From Candidatus Aenigmatarchaeota archaeon (GTDB taxonomy: Archaea > Aenigmatarchaeota > Aenigmatarchaeia > Aenigmatarchaeales > Aenigmatarchaeaceae), in assembly GCA_043802485.1 (NCBI GenBank), contig JAZDKZ010000001.1:1-64000 (forward strand): a stretch of 64,000 nt of DNA. The letters run 5' to 3'. This document shows positions 1 through 9,550 of this stretch, in pieces. The position numbers were made by a program, and so were the translations under genes. Each line of letters starts with the position of its first letter. Positions within the stretch are counted from its first letter, which is position 1. The notes under the pieces were generated by a model that saw only the letters and a program-made list of their open reading frames with translations, had not been told where the DNA came from and did not search any database.

Positions 1-1
1 C

Positions 2-3000
2 TTTATTATAACAGTATTCCGTGCTTGTAACACCTTCAGTCCCGGTTTGCGTATACCAGCCGCTGCAGTCTATCGTCCCGCAGTTCGGGTCGTCAGGCAT
101 CAGCACCGCGCATGCGCCGTTGGTGTTGCACCTTTCGCACAAGCTGCAGTACAGGTTGTCGGTCACCCTCGAGCAATAGTCTTCGGCACTGTCAGAGACG
201 CAGTCCTTGCACCCGTCGCCGTTCCTGTCGTAGCAGCTCCAGCTGGTGAAGGTGTACCTTCCGCTCTCGTCGCAGGTGCCTGACTCGAATACGCAGCTTC
301 CCTCATTGCTGCTGCAGTCAGAGCCTCCCCCACAAGTCGCGCACGACTCGCAGGCATTGCAATAGGTGCAGACACCGTTTTGACATAAATTACCTGAACC
401 ACACGTTCCACACCATAAAGTCCCTCCGCAGCCGTCCGACCATGAGCCACAGTTCTTGCCCAGGGAACCGCACGTGGCCGGGACACATGACAAACGACAT
501 ACTCCATTATCACAATAAGAATCAGAGCTGCATGTACCACAAGTTCCACCGCATCCATCAGAGCCACAGTTCTTGCCAGCGCAGTTTGGAGTACATGATG
601 TAGTAAAAGTAACAACAGTACTACTTGAAGTATAACCTGATGCAGAAATTGTGACAGTAGCTGTTCCAGTGCTGGACGACTTTAGTGTCACGGTACATGT
701 CCCACTAGATGTAGAACAACCGGTTGATGACAAAGTACCTCTAGTCGTTGTAATGCCTACCCATACTCCAGACGCACCGTTTGACAGAATAGCTCTTATG
801 GTCGATGCTGATGAACCGTCAGCTGGTACAGATGAAGGACTAGCTGAAGCAGATATAGTGGGAGTAGAGACAGTAGTGAAAGTAACAACCCTGCTGCCTG
901 AGGTATAGCCTGACGCAGAGCCTGTTACAGTGGCTGTTCCCGCACTGGATGACCTTATTGTCACGGTACACGAACCTCCAGAGCTTGTGCAGCCAGATGA
1001 GGAAAGAGTACCTCTGGTTGTTGTGATTCCTACCCATACACCAGAAGCACTGTTTGACAGTGTGGCGCTTATCGTTGAAGTAGTCGTGCCGTCAGCTGGT
1101 ACAGACGAGGGCGTGGCCGAAACAGTGATACTGGGGCTAACACAGCCACCACAGTCCTGACAGCATGTGCTCGATGTCTCCCCGCAAGCAGAATTACATG
1201 TTTTATCCCCACAAGAATAGCATCTGGCATCGCAGCTGTACGTGGCAGGAGTACAAGAGCAGGACTGGCAAGAGCCAGCACTATTACAAAATCTTGAACA
1301 CGTAGATGGATAGTCATACCACGTGGTTCCCGAACAGACATCTGCAGTACATGTCGTGGCTCCGCAAGAAGTTCCCGATGCCACATTACAGCTTTGGGTG
1401 TATGTCGAGCAGTCTGCTCTGGTACATGTCTGCGTGCCTGTGCAGCTTGTTGATGAGGACTGTGTGCATGTGCCGCACTGTGCGGTGCATGTAGAACCAC
1501 AAGAGCTGTCATATATACACTCATAACCTCCAGGGGAACTGTCACAAGGGTCATCAATAAGCCAACATCTTTCATTCGATGCACAGGTCCCTGCCCAGTT
1601 GCAGTATGCCCCACATCCAAGGTCAAAATATTGAAGCCCACAGCTCACTGGTACACACGTCCCTCCGCTGCATATGTAATTTGACGGACAGCCGCAGTCC
1701 TGGCAACAGTTACTCTGGGTCTCCCCACAGTTACTGTAATCACATGTCCCATCACCACAAGAACATGTCGGCCCTCCACCACATGTATATGTTGCAGTTC
1801 TACTACCTGAACTTGTGAAAGTGCCTGAACAGCCGCTTATACAATTGCATCCTGAGACGCTGGTGTAACTGTAACTATGAGTGCCTGTCAAACCACTGAA
1901 TCTTACATAAGCATAACCAAAACCAGAGCTGTATAATGTCCATCCTCCATCCAATGTAACACCCCAGTTTGTATTCGAAGGTAGGCCGTTCTGATAGAAA
2001 GTGAAGTCATAAGTAGGAGTACCAACACAACCTGTGACAGTACAGGATCCTCCACTTGGGATAGTGCACGAATTAATTCCGCAAGTGCCATAATAGCAGG
2101 TATTGCCGATTGTACACGAAAGTCCAGCAGCCGGGCCTGAGCACATCGCTCCACACCGACCTGCTGTGCATGCGCATGTGCCATATCCGCAAGTACCGCT
2201 CTGGCAGACACCAGGACACCATGTCATGGTCCAACCAGACTGTGTGCTACACTTTCCAGGGCATTGAGAATCAACTGAACAACAGTCACTTGGGCAATTC
2301 GCTGCTGTTTCCCCAGATTCACAAATTCCGTCACTGTCACATATTTGACATCTTGCATCATTAGAATACGAATAAAATAAACAAACACCTGAATTGCAAT
2401 AATAGTCCCTCCAGGTGGTTCCCACACAGCCATCTCTGTTATTACAATCTTCTACATTTCTCCAAGCGCTCCAACACCAAGAGCCTGAAACGAGATTACA
2501 AGTGCTTTCCTGGACTATACTGCCACTGCATCGCGTTTTATATGAGCTGGCTCCGGGGCATGCCCCGTTTGTACAAAGTATAGGTTCGCAAGTACATGTA
2601 GCCAAATCACATTTACCACTAGGACAGTCAGCATGTTCATCACATTGTGAAGAGGGAGTACAGGAACTTTTACATGTACAAGACGCTGGTGTACTGCATG
2701 TACCAACATCACAATAATAACCGCTAGGACAGTCGTCATCACTGTCACATTGCGAACCACATGAATTTTTATTGCATGCACATACTGTCTCCCACATTAT
2801 GTTGCCGCCTCCAGCATCCCAGAAGAATTCATAACTCATTTCATTTGATTTGCAACCTGACCAAAAATAACATTGTGCAGGACCACAATCCCAGCAAAGC
2901 CCTAAATAACATATGCTTGAATGTTGATTGCCACATCCTAAAGGAGTATAAACAGGTCCAGGAATACAAGCTGTCGCTGCCTCTGCGATTTCTATAGATG

Positions 3001-3064
3001 ACAAGCAAAAGATAAGTGATATTAAAACTGTGACAATCCAAAGAGGGACTGGAAGAATTTTCAT
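2..3064 (-). CDS. Very large secreted Cys-rich surface/adhesin-like protein, 3' partial (>1021 aa, runs off the window)
   Basis: Hand-translated from ATG at 3064: MKILPVPLWIVTVLISLIFCLSS (signal peptide), with no stop down to base 2. Contains Cys modules (CESGETAANCPSDC, CTPNCAGKNCGSDGCGGTCGTC) and two Ig-like repeats. Absent from the ORF track because no stop lies in the window. Confidence 0.9.
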   Translation of the reverse strand, partial: MKILPVPLWIVTVLISLIFCLSSIEIAEAATACIPGPVYTPLGCGNQHSSICYLGLCWDCGPAQCYFWSGCKSNEMSYEFFWDAGGGNIMWETVCACNKNSCGSQCDSDDDCPSGYYCDVGTCSTPASCTCKSSCTPSSQCDEHADCPSGKCDLATCTCEPILCTNGACPGASSYKTRCSGSIVQESTCNLVSGSWCWSAWRNVEDCNNRDGCVGTTWRDYYCNSGVCLFYSYSNDARCQICDSDGICESGETAANCPSDCCSVDSQCPGKCSTQSGWTMTWCPGVCQSGTCGYGTCACTAGRCGAMCSGPAAGLSCTIGNTCYYGTCGINSCTIPSGGSCTVTGCVGTPTYDFTFYQNGLPSNTNWGVTLDGGWTLYSSGFGYAYVRFSGLTGTHSYSYTSVSGCNCISGCSGTFTSSGSRTATYTCGGGPTCSCGDGTCDYSNCGETQSNCCQDCGCPSNYICSGGTCVPVSCGLQYFDLGCGAYCNWAGTCASNERCWLIDDPCDSSPGGYECIYDSSCGSTCTAQCGTCTQSSSTSCTGTQTCTRADCSTYTQSCNVASGTSCGATTCTADVCSGTTWYDYPSTCSRFCNSAGSCQSCSCTPATYSCDARCYSCGDKTCNSACGETSSTCCQDCGGCVSPSITVSATPSSVPADGTTTSTISATLSNSASGVWVGITTTRGTLSSSGCTSSGGSCTVTIRSSSAGTATVTGSASGYTSGSRVVTFTTVSTPTISASASPSSVPADGSSASTIRAILSNGASGVWVGITTTRGTLSSTGCSTSSGTCTVTLKSSSTGTATVTISASGYTSSSTVVTFTTSCTPNCAGKNCGSDGCGGTCGTCSSDSYCDNGVCRLSCVPATCGSLGKNCGSWSDGCGGTLWCGTCGSGNLCQNGVCTYCNACESCATCGGGSDCSSNEGSCVFESGTCDESGRYTFTSWSCYDRNGDGCKDCVSDSAEDYCSRVTDNLYCSLCERCNTNGACAVLMPDDPNCGTIDCSGWYTQTGTEGVTSTEYCYNK
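600..1135 (-). repeat. Tandem imperfect coding repeat: two invasin/intimin (Big_1)-like Ig domains of about 88 aa
   Basis: ITVSATPSSVPADGTTTSTISATLSNSASGVWVGITTTRGTLSS versus ISASASPSSVPADGSSASTIRAILSNGASGVWVGITTTRGTLSS; similarity is also visible in the DNA. Confidence 0.75.
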
Positions 3065-3124
3065 AATTAATACTTATAAATGCCAGTATAAAAATAAATT
3101 ACCTCTATAAAGACCTCATAACTT

Positions 3125-4879
3125 TTATCCATCTTCGTTTGTCTGGCTTCTGACAGAGAAATCTCCAAGGTATGTATTATAAGCTATTTTATCCGGGTCG
3201 GATATTCCAAATTTAACTGCTTCTTCCGGGTTTTCTTGGAGATACCTTTCCATAGATTTCATTTGCGTGTCGAAGGACTCTTTAACAGATACATAACCAT
3301 CTCCGTTAATATCGTATGCCCGACTTTCAATGATATCATATACTTTTGGCATTCTTTCTGTTAGATTATAATAATTTTCAGAAGTAGCAAAAAACCAAAC
3401 AGTTGGCATGGTTGCTACAACGTTCGGTGAAGATGTTATTTTCAAAGAATTGAGGGCATGTTCATCTTGACAGCCAAATAAAGATACTAAAGTCATATTG
3501 GATTCTATAGGATTCAGCATCTTGCCAATATCCTCATAAGACATTAATGTTTTAGGGTCATTATTGATTCCTTCACCATCATTAAAAGCGAGACCATAGC
3601 TGTTTGCGTGACTTTCAAGTGTGACGATGACAAAAGAGTTTCTATTGGCGACATTTGAAATTTTTGATGACGCTTCCTTAAAATTTTCTATCGTAGCATT
3701 CGTATAGCCTAATTTAATGACATTTTCAGGTTCAAATTTCTGCTCGTTTATCAAGAAGCTGTACATTGAGTCTAATCCGGGATGGTTTTCATGTGTATCT
3801 ACCAATAGTGCATATCTTCCGTTGTATTCCTCATAAGGCAGGCCTACAATCTTCTCAAAACGATTATTCATTCTATCATTGTCCCAGTCGAAATTTAGAT
3901 GCTTGTTGCTGTCTATAAAACCTACCTGCTCTGATTTTGGAAAGCTATCCAAAAACTGGATTTGATGGCTCTCGTCAAGAGATATCCCGCCTGGCGCGAA
4001 CCCGTCTACCAGCTTCTGCTGGTGCGCCTCGTCAAAGCCTGACAGATAGTCTATGAAACCCTTCTCACTATCACTCATCTTGCCGTCGTTGTCAAAGGGG
4101 CTTAGACCTTTTCTTACACTGTCGGACAGCCCCTTATCCTTGGCGTAATCGTTCGCAGGCTTGTGATTTCCATTCTGAGATTTAAAATAAATGGCTGTGG
4201 CAGCACCAAGAGTAATAGCAGCGATGCCTAGAATTCCTAAACCTTTAGATGTTGTAGACCCTGTGGTGGCTTTTATGAACCTGTTCAGAAAGCCGTCCCC
4301 GTCATCGTCCCCAGGTCTTACATATTCTGAAAGAAGCGGCACATTTTCTTCGAACTGGTGCGCATAAGCTGGGGCTTTCTGAGAGAATTCTGGCAGAACA
4401 TCAACAGAATGATAAACCGCCGCCCACTGATCCTGAAGCTTTGGGTTCAGGTCCAGCTCGGCTATGGGCATCTTGCTTATCTCTTCCATGCTCTTCCCAG
4501 TGACTTGCTCAAAGGCGCCCTCGATTACGTCCTGCTTCACATATCCTCTGGTTTCCTTCAGCCTTTCATAGACTTTACCGACTGCCTGCTGGGCCACTTT
4601 CTCCAGTTTCGGGTCAAGCTGCTCGTATATCACTTTGTCACGAGGCTTGATGACCTTCTCTATCATCCCAATCTGCTTCTCGCTAAGATAGGTTGGCTGG
4701 GGCCTGCGCTCTAAATCCAGTGCGGAATCCAAGCCATAAGGCAGCAAAATAGAGGAATACAGGGAATTGGCAGAAACGTGCGTGTGATCAAAAAAACGTG
4801 CTGTACGATTAAGAGGACTTGTAGCAGTAGAGTTAAGCCTGTCAGAATCAAGCTTTTTATGAACACATCTTTGGCTCAT
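3125..4879 (-). CDS. Membrane-anchored protein with C-terminal caspase/legumain-like (clan CD) peptidase domain
   Basis: Central TM helix; YALLV...NATIENFKEA...VTLESHA...SLFGCQ (His-Cys pair about 46 aa apart); DINGDGYVS Ca-binding-like motif; TATA-like TTTTAAA 21 nt before the ATG. Confidence 0.55.
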   Translation of the reverse strand: MSQRCVHKKLDSDRLNSTATSPLNRTARFFDHTHVSANSLYSSILLPYGLDSALDLERRPQPTYLSEKQIGMIEKVIKPRDKVIYEQLDPKLEKVAQQAVGKVYERLKETRGYVKQDVIEGAFEQVTGKSMEEISKMPIAELDLNPKLQDQWAAVYHSVDVLPEFSQKAPAYAHQFEENVPLLSEYVRPGDDDGDGFLNRFIKATTGSTTSKGLGILGIAAITLGAATAIYFKSQNGNHKPANDYAKDKGLSDSVRKGLSPFDNDGKMSDSEKGFIDYLSGFDEAHQQKLVDGFAPGGISLDESHQIQFLDSFPKSEQVGFIDSNKHLNFDWDNDRMNNRFEKIVGLPYEEYNGRYALLVDTHENHPGLDSMYSFLINEQKFEPENVIKLGYTNATIENFKEASSKISNVANRNSFVIVTLESHANSYGLAFNDGEGINNDPKTLMSYEDIGKMLNPIESNMTLVSLFGCQDEHALNSLKITSSPNVVATMPTVWFFATSENYYNLTERMPKVYDIIESRAYDINGDGYVSVKESFDTQMKSMERYLQENPEEAVKFGISDPDKIAYNTYLGDFSVRSQTNEDG

Positions 4880-4925
4880 AGTAAGATTTTGTCAGAAAGC
4901 TTTAAAAACCTGTCTCAAATCTGTA

Positions 4926-5519
4926 CTAGCTGAACCTGACTCTTAAAGTCACGTTCTTGTCAGTAATGGCCGTCCTGGCCATGTCCACAATAGTGCCGCT
5001 CTCCCCTGGATTATGGTCAAAGACGACATAAACCGTCAAAGTCCTGAAGTTAATCGTATTAAGAAAGTCTATGCCGCCCAAGAGGTTGTCGCCCTGCATC
5101 TTGACGCCGCTGATGCCTGTGCCGTTCACCGTCAGCTCGCTGGGGAAGGTCCACATCATCTCGTAGGTGGTTAAATCGTTAGACACGTTGCACCTCTGCC
5201 AGATGTGCCTTCTCGCGTCTATCTCTGTCATGACATGTGCGTCGCATATGCCAGCGCTGCTCGTTATGGTGTAGCTCAACCCTTCAGTCTTGCCTGTGAG
5301 CGTGCCGCGGTTTATGTTGAAGAAGCACTTGTTGTTCGTTCCTGTACGGGCAGTTTCAAGTATCCTGTCGCTGCACGTGTCAAACTGCGACTTGATAAAG
5401 CTCATCTCGACCATGTCCATGGTCTCGTCTATCGTTTTCAAAGCCCAAGGAAAGGCCAATGCCACAGCGGCAACCGAGACAAGCACTATAAGCATTACCT
5501 GGAGAATGTTCACCGGCAT
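4926..5519 (-). CDS. Pilin-like/exported protein with N-terminal hydrophobic helix
   Basis: N-terminal hydrophobic stretch; layout resembles the pilin-like gene at 12242-12730. Confidence 0.5.
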   Translation of the reverse strand: MPVNILQVMLIVLVSVAAVALAFPWALKTIDETMDMVEMSFIKSQFDTCSDRILETARTGTNNKCFFNINRGTLTGKTEGLSYTITSSAGICDAHVMTEIDARRHIWQRCNVSNDLTTYEMMWTFPSELTVNGTGISGVKMQGDNLLGGIDFLNTINFRTLTVYVVFDHNPGESGTIVDMARTAITDKNVTLRVRFS

Positions 5520-5599
5520 ATTAAACTTATTTTTTTACTTAAATATTAAGCTAACACAGGGTGTCTGACACTAGAAATAAGGGAAAACCGCTTTCCTGA

Positions 5600-5737
5600 T
5601 CACATCATGACTAGTTCATCAATAATAAGGCCGCATTTCCTGCAGCTTGTCTCTCCGATAGACCTTGCGAACCTGTCGCAGCCGCACTCGGGGCACATTG
5701 CCTTCGCAGCGTCCATTTTCATGCTATTGTTCTTCAT
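5600..5737 (-). CDS. TFIIB-type zinc-ribbon microprotein (45 aa)
   Basis: Hand-translated MKNNSMKMDAAKAMCPECGCDRFARSIGETSCRKCGLIIDELVMM; CPxCG...GExxCxxCGLII pattern. Confidence 0.7.
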   Translation of the reverse strand: MKNNSMKMDAAKAMCPECGCDRFARSIGETSCRKCGLIIDELVMM

Positions 5738-5861
5738 AGTATTTTTTACCTTCCCGAAACTTTTAAGCATATTCTTACTCGGAAATATAGATTAAGAAAA
5801 ATATACGCCAAAATGAGGGTTAAAAAATCTTTTTATATAATTCTGAGGACAACTGCTTCTT

Positions 5862-7664
5862 ATGAAGCAAAAAAGGTTCTGCGTTGACACATCATCCGTG
5901 ATAAACGGCAAGCTGACGCAGATGATCAAGGACAAGAAGATGGATGGCTCGGAGCTGATAATTCCTGAACTGGTGCTGAGCGAATTGCAGGCCCAGGCAT
6001 CGAAAGGAAGGGAGATAGGCTACATCGGCTTGGATGAGATAAAGAAGATAATGAAGCTTGCCAATAAGCACAAGCTGATAATAAAGTATCTGGGTGAGAG
6101 GCAGAGCTACGAGGACATACTTCTGGCAAAGTCAGGCAGGATAGACGCCATGATAATAGACGTTGCCAAGGCCAACAAGGCTGTTCTCATCACGTCTGAC
6201 AGGTTGCAGTCGATAATAGCAGAGGTAAAGGGCATCGAGGTAGAGTACTTCAAGGCCTGGGAGAAAGTGGAGAAGATAAAGATTGAGGACTTTCTGACCA
6301 AAGACACCATGTCCATCCATCTGAAGGCCGGGGCCATGCCTTTTGCGAAAAGGGGCAAGCCTGGCAAGATTGATTTTGTTGCCCTGAGGAAGAAGCCCAT
6401 GGAAGAGAAGGAGCTGGACGCCATGGCTACGGAAATCCTGGATGCTGCCAGGTATGAGGATGACTCGTTCATAGAATACGGCGAGCACGGCGCGACTGTT
6501 GTGCAATTAAAGGACAAACGAGTCGCGATAGCAAGGCCGCCCTTCTCTGACGGTCTGGAGATAACTTTGGTAAGGCCTATTGTCAAGCTTACTTTGGATG
6601 ATTACCGCCTATCTGATAAATTAAAAAAGCGCTTGGAGGAAAGAGCAGAGGGCATACTTATTGCAGGACCTCCTGGCTCTGGCAAATCAACCCTGGCAGC
6701 CTCGCTTGCAGAATTCTACATGAACAAGGGCAAGATTGTGAAAACCATGGAGCAGCCAAGGGATTTGCAGGTTCCGCCAGAGATAACACAGTACGCTCCT
6801 CTTAACGGCAGTTTCGAGAAGACTGCCAACATACTGCTGCTGGTAAGGCCCGATTATACCATCTTCGACGACATCAGGAAGAGGAACGAGTTCCAGATAT
6901 TCTCCGATATGCGCCTAGCAGGCATAGGCATGATCGGAGTCGTGCATGCCACAAATCCGATTGATGCCATACAGAGGTTCATCGGCAAGATCGAGCTCGG
7001 GATAATCCCACATGTGATTGACACCGTAATTTATGTTAAAGACGGGATGATAGACGAGGTCTTCTCCCTGAAGTTGACTGTCCGCGTGCCGACAGGGATG
7101 GCCGAGGCTGACCTGGCAAGGCCCCTTGTCGAGGTGACAGACTTTGAAAACGGCAATTTGGAATATGAAATCTATACTTACGGCGAGCAGACAGTGATAA
7201 TACCGGTCGAGAAAAGGGAGATGTCTGGCTTGCAGAAGCTGGCATCCCAGAGGATAAAGAACGAGATAAGCAAATACGATTCCTCGGCAGAGATAGAGTT
7301 CCTTTCAGACAACAAGATCGTTGTCAAGGTCAGCAACGAGATGATACCAAGGATCATAGGAAAGGAAGGCAGCACCATCAAGAAGATAGAGGAGAAACTG
7401 GGGTTGTCAATAGAGGTGCAGCCGCTGGTCGAGTCGATGGGCAAGGAGATAGAATTTGACGTGCACGAGACAGGAGCCTATATTGTCTTTACCTTTGGCA
7501 AGAACACGTCGGGCAAGAACGCGAATATCTACATCGAGAACGAATACCTGTTCTCTGCCACGATAGGAAGGGCCGGCCAGATAAAGGTGTCAAAAAGTTC
7601 CGATTTAGGAAAATCCATGATAAGGACCTTGACAACCAAGAAGCAGATTAAAGTTTTTGTTTAA
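5862..7664 (+). CDS. PIN-domain/KH-domain ATPase (PINA, MJ1533 family)
   Basis: N-terminal PIN (VDTSSVI), Walker A GPPGSGKST, HATNPIDAIQRF, C-terminal KH (IIGKEGSTIKKIE). Confidence 0.9.
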   Translation: MKQKRFCVDTSSVINGKLTQMIKDKKMDGSELIIPELVLSELQAQASKGREIGYIGLDEIKKIMKLANKHKLIIKYLGERQSYEDILLAKSGRIDAMIIDVAKANKAVLITSDRLQSIIAEVKGIEVEYFKAWEKVEKIKIEDFLTKDTMSIHLKAGAMPFAKRGKPGKIDFVALRKKPMEEKELDAMATEILDAARYEDDSFIEYGEHGATVVQLKDKRVAIARPPFSDGLEITLVRPIVKLTLDDYRLSDKLKKRLEERAEGILIAGPPGSGKSTLAASLAEFYMNKGKIVKTMEQPRDLQVPPEITQYAPLNGSFEKTANILLLVRPDYTIFDDIRKRNEFQIFSDMRLAGIGMIGVVHATNPIDAIQRFIGKIELGIIPHVIDTVIYVKDGMIDEVFSLKLTVRVPTGMAEADLARPLVEVTDFENGNLEYEIYTYGEQTVIIPVEKREMSGLQKLASQRIKNEISKYDSSAEIEFLSDNKIVVKVSNEMIPRIIGKEGSTIKKIEEKLGLSIEVQPLVESMGKEIEFDVHETGAYIVFTFGKNTSGKNANIYIENEYLFSATIGRAGQIKVSKSSDLGKSMIRTLTTKKQIKVFV

Positions 7665-7738
7665 GACAAAGCGGCATCAAGTCGAGAATCAATAAACAAA
7701 GCAATTTATTAAATGTTGGTCTTCTATTTATTCAATAA

Positions 7739-7827
7739 GCCCTCGTAGCTCAGCTTGGATTAGAGCACTTGCCTCCTACGGAAACGGGGAAAGCAAGGGG
7801 TCGTGGGTTCAAATCCCATCGGGGGCG
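7739..7827 (+). tRNA. tRNA-Arg(CCT) with 13-nt intron at 37/38 (7779-7791)
   Basis: Acceptor GCCCTCG/CGGGGGC, anticodon stem CTTGC/GCAAG, TTCAAAT T-loop; BHB helix CTCC/GGGG. Confidence 0.93.
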
Positions 7828-7862
7828 CAATATTTATTTAAAACGGATGGTGTTAATCTATT

Positions 7863-8558
7863 ATGCCAACTCAAGAACGTACAAAAACAGGCGTCCCAGG
7901 TTTGGACAAGATAACCGGAGGCGGCTTGATTGCCAAGAACCTGGTTCTTCTGACAGGAACGGCTGGTACTGGTAAGACCACCATCTGCACCCAGTTCCTG
8001 TACGAGGGCGCCAAAACGTACGGCGAGAACGGCGTCTATGTCACTTTCGAGGAGCCTGTTGAGAGCATCAAGAGAAGCAGCCTGAACCACGGCATGGACT
8101 TTACAGATCTGGAAGCGGAGGGCAAGGTTGTTTTTGTAAAGTATGATCCTTTCCATATAGAGGACATCTATGAACTGATAGAGACTAACATCAAGAGGAT
8201 AGACGCGAAAAGGGTTGTCATAGACTCGATATCCGCCTTAGGATTATATGTCAAGGAGACATCTGAGATAAGAAGGATGATATTCAACATCGCTTTTCTT
8301 TTGAGAAGGCTGAACTGCTCGTCCGTACTGATATCGGAGATACCCCCCGAGTCGCAGGCTCTGTCAAGGTTTGGGGTTGAGGAATTCGTCACAGACGGCG
8401 TCATTGTTCTTTATTATTCAAGGATAGGCTCGCAGTTCTCAAGGGCTATCACTGTGTGGAAGATGAGGGGGTCTGCCCACTCGTCCAAGCTTCATCCCTA
8501 CAAGATAACCGAGAAAGGCGTTGTGATTTATCCTGAAGAGGAAGCGATTGTAAAGTAA
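7863..8558 (+). CDS. KaiC/RecA-superfamily ATPase (single domain)
   Basis: TGVPGLD, GTAGTGKT, FEE, VVIDSIS, KMRGSAH motifs. Confidence 0.9.
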   Translation: MPTQERTKTGVPGLDKITGGGLIAKNLVLLTGTAGTGKTTICTQFLYEGAKTYGENGVYVTFEEPVESIKRSSLNHGMDFTDLEAEGKVVFVKYDPFHIEDIYELIETNIKRIDAKRVVIDSISALGLYVKETSEIRRMIFNIAFLLRRLNCSSVLISEIPPESQALSRFGVEEFVTDGVIVLYYSRIGSQFSRAITVWKMRGSAHSSKLHPYKITEKGVVIYPEEEAIVK

Positions 8559-8586
8559 TATATATAGACTTTTCTAAATTTACTAT

Positions 8587-9546
8587 ATGCCTAAGAAAAA
8601 GGTCAAGAGCAAAGTGACTAAGGTTAGAAAGAAAAAACCAAAGCCGAGGAAAATAAAAAAAGAAAAGATGGACTATGAGCATTCTGTGAAAAAGCTTGCC
8701 ACAAGGTGCTGCGGCAAGCTTGCTGACAAGTACTCGAAGGAGTTCACTAACGTCCGAGAGTCTTTGATAATGTCTGACGCAAAGATTCTCTACAGGACCT
8801 TCATTTCATTGCTGTTCTTCGCCACAGCCTTGACCTTTGCAATGACTTTTTTGCTCACGCTGGCATTCGTGATTATTATCAGGCTGAATATCCTGTTATC
8901 GATAATGGGGCTGCTTGTCATGCCGTCGTTCTTCGCCTCGTTGGTATTCCTGATTGTATACGTCTACCCGCTTTCAGTATCAGAGAGCAAGAGGCGGGAC
9001 ATCGAGGCAAACCTTCCCTTTGCCATTACACACATGTCTGCCATTGCAGAATCCGGAGCACCGCCGTTGACCATATTCAAGATACTGGCGCAGTTCAAGG
9101 AGTATGGAGAAATATCGAACGAGGCTGAAAAAATAACCAGAAACATCAAGGAGTTCGGTCTGGACGAGCTGAGCGCGATAAGGGACAGGGCGCTGAAATG
9201 CCCTTCATCAAGCTTTAGGAGCGTTCTACAGGGCATGCTGTCTACCATACAGGTTGGAGGCAATATCAGAGAATACCTGAAGGAGGAGGCTGGAAAATCG
9301 ATGTTCGAGTACACCATCCGAAGAGAAAAGTACAACGAGGTGCTCTCAACCTATGCCGACCTTTACACAGCCCTTCTAGTGGCAGCTCCCATGATATTCA
9401 TAGTCGTGATATCTACCCTCAGCGTCATCGGAGGAAACATAATGGGCCTCTCGCTGGAGGCAACGATGATATTGGGGCTCAGCTCCCTGGTCATCCTTAA
9501 CATGATATTCCTTGTGTTCATACAGCTGACGCAGCCAAGGATGTGA
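8587..9546 (+). CDS. Type IV pilus membrane platform protein (T2SSF/TadC-like)
   Basis: IEANLPFAITHMSAIAESG, EYGEISNE, multiple TM helices. Confidence 0.85.
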   Translation: MPKKKVKSKVTKVRKKKPKPRKIKKEKMDYEHSVKKLATRCCGKLADKYSKEFTNVRESLIMSDAKILYRTFISLLFFATALTFAMTFLLTLAFVIIIRLNILLSIMGLLVMPSFFASLVFLIVYVYPLSVSESKRRDIEANLPFAITHMSAIAESGAPPLTIFKILAQFKEYGEISNEAEKITRNIKEFGLDELSAIRDRALKCPSSSFRSVLQGMLSTIQVGGNIREYLKEEAGKSMFEYTIRREKYNEVLSTYADLYTALLVAAPMIFIVVISTLSVIGGNIMGLSLEATMILGLSSLVILNMIFLVFIQLTQPRM

Positions 9547-9550
9547 TGCA

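Noticed and set aside
47..3041. Many short ORF-track calls in the first 3 kb
   Set aside because: They are shadows in other frames of the single long minus-strand Cys-rich ORF.
7779..7791. C/D guide in the tRNA-Arg intron (and in the tRNA-Ser GGA intron)
   Set aside because: Too short; only a hairpin and BHB elements, with no box pair and guide.
7769..8156. ORFs 7769-7975 and 7809-8156
   Set aside because: They overlap tRNA-Arg and the KaiC-like gene.
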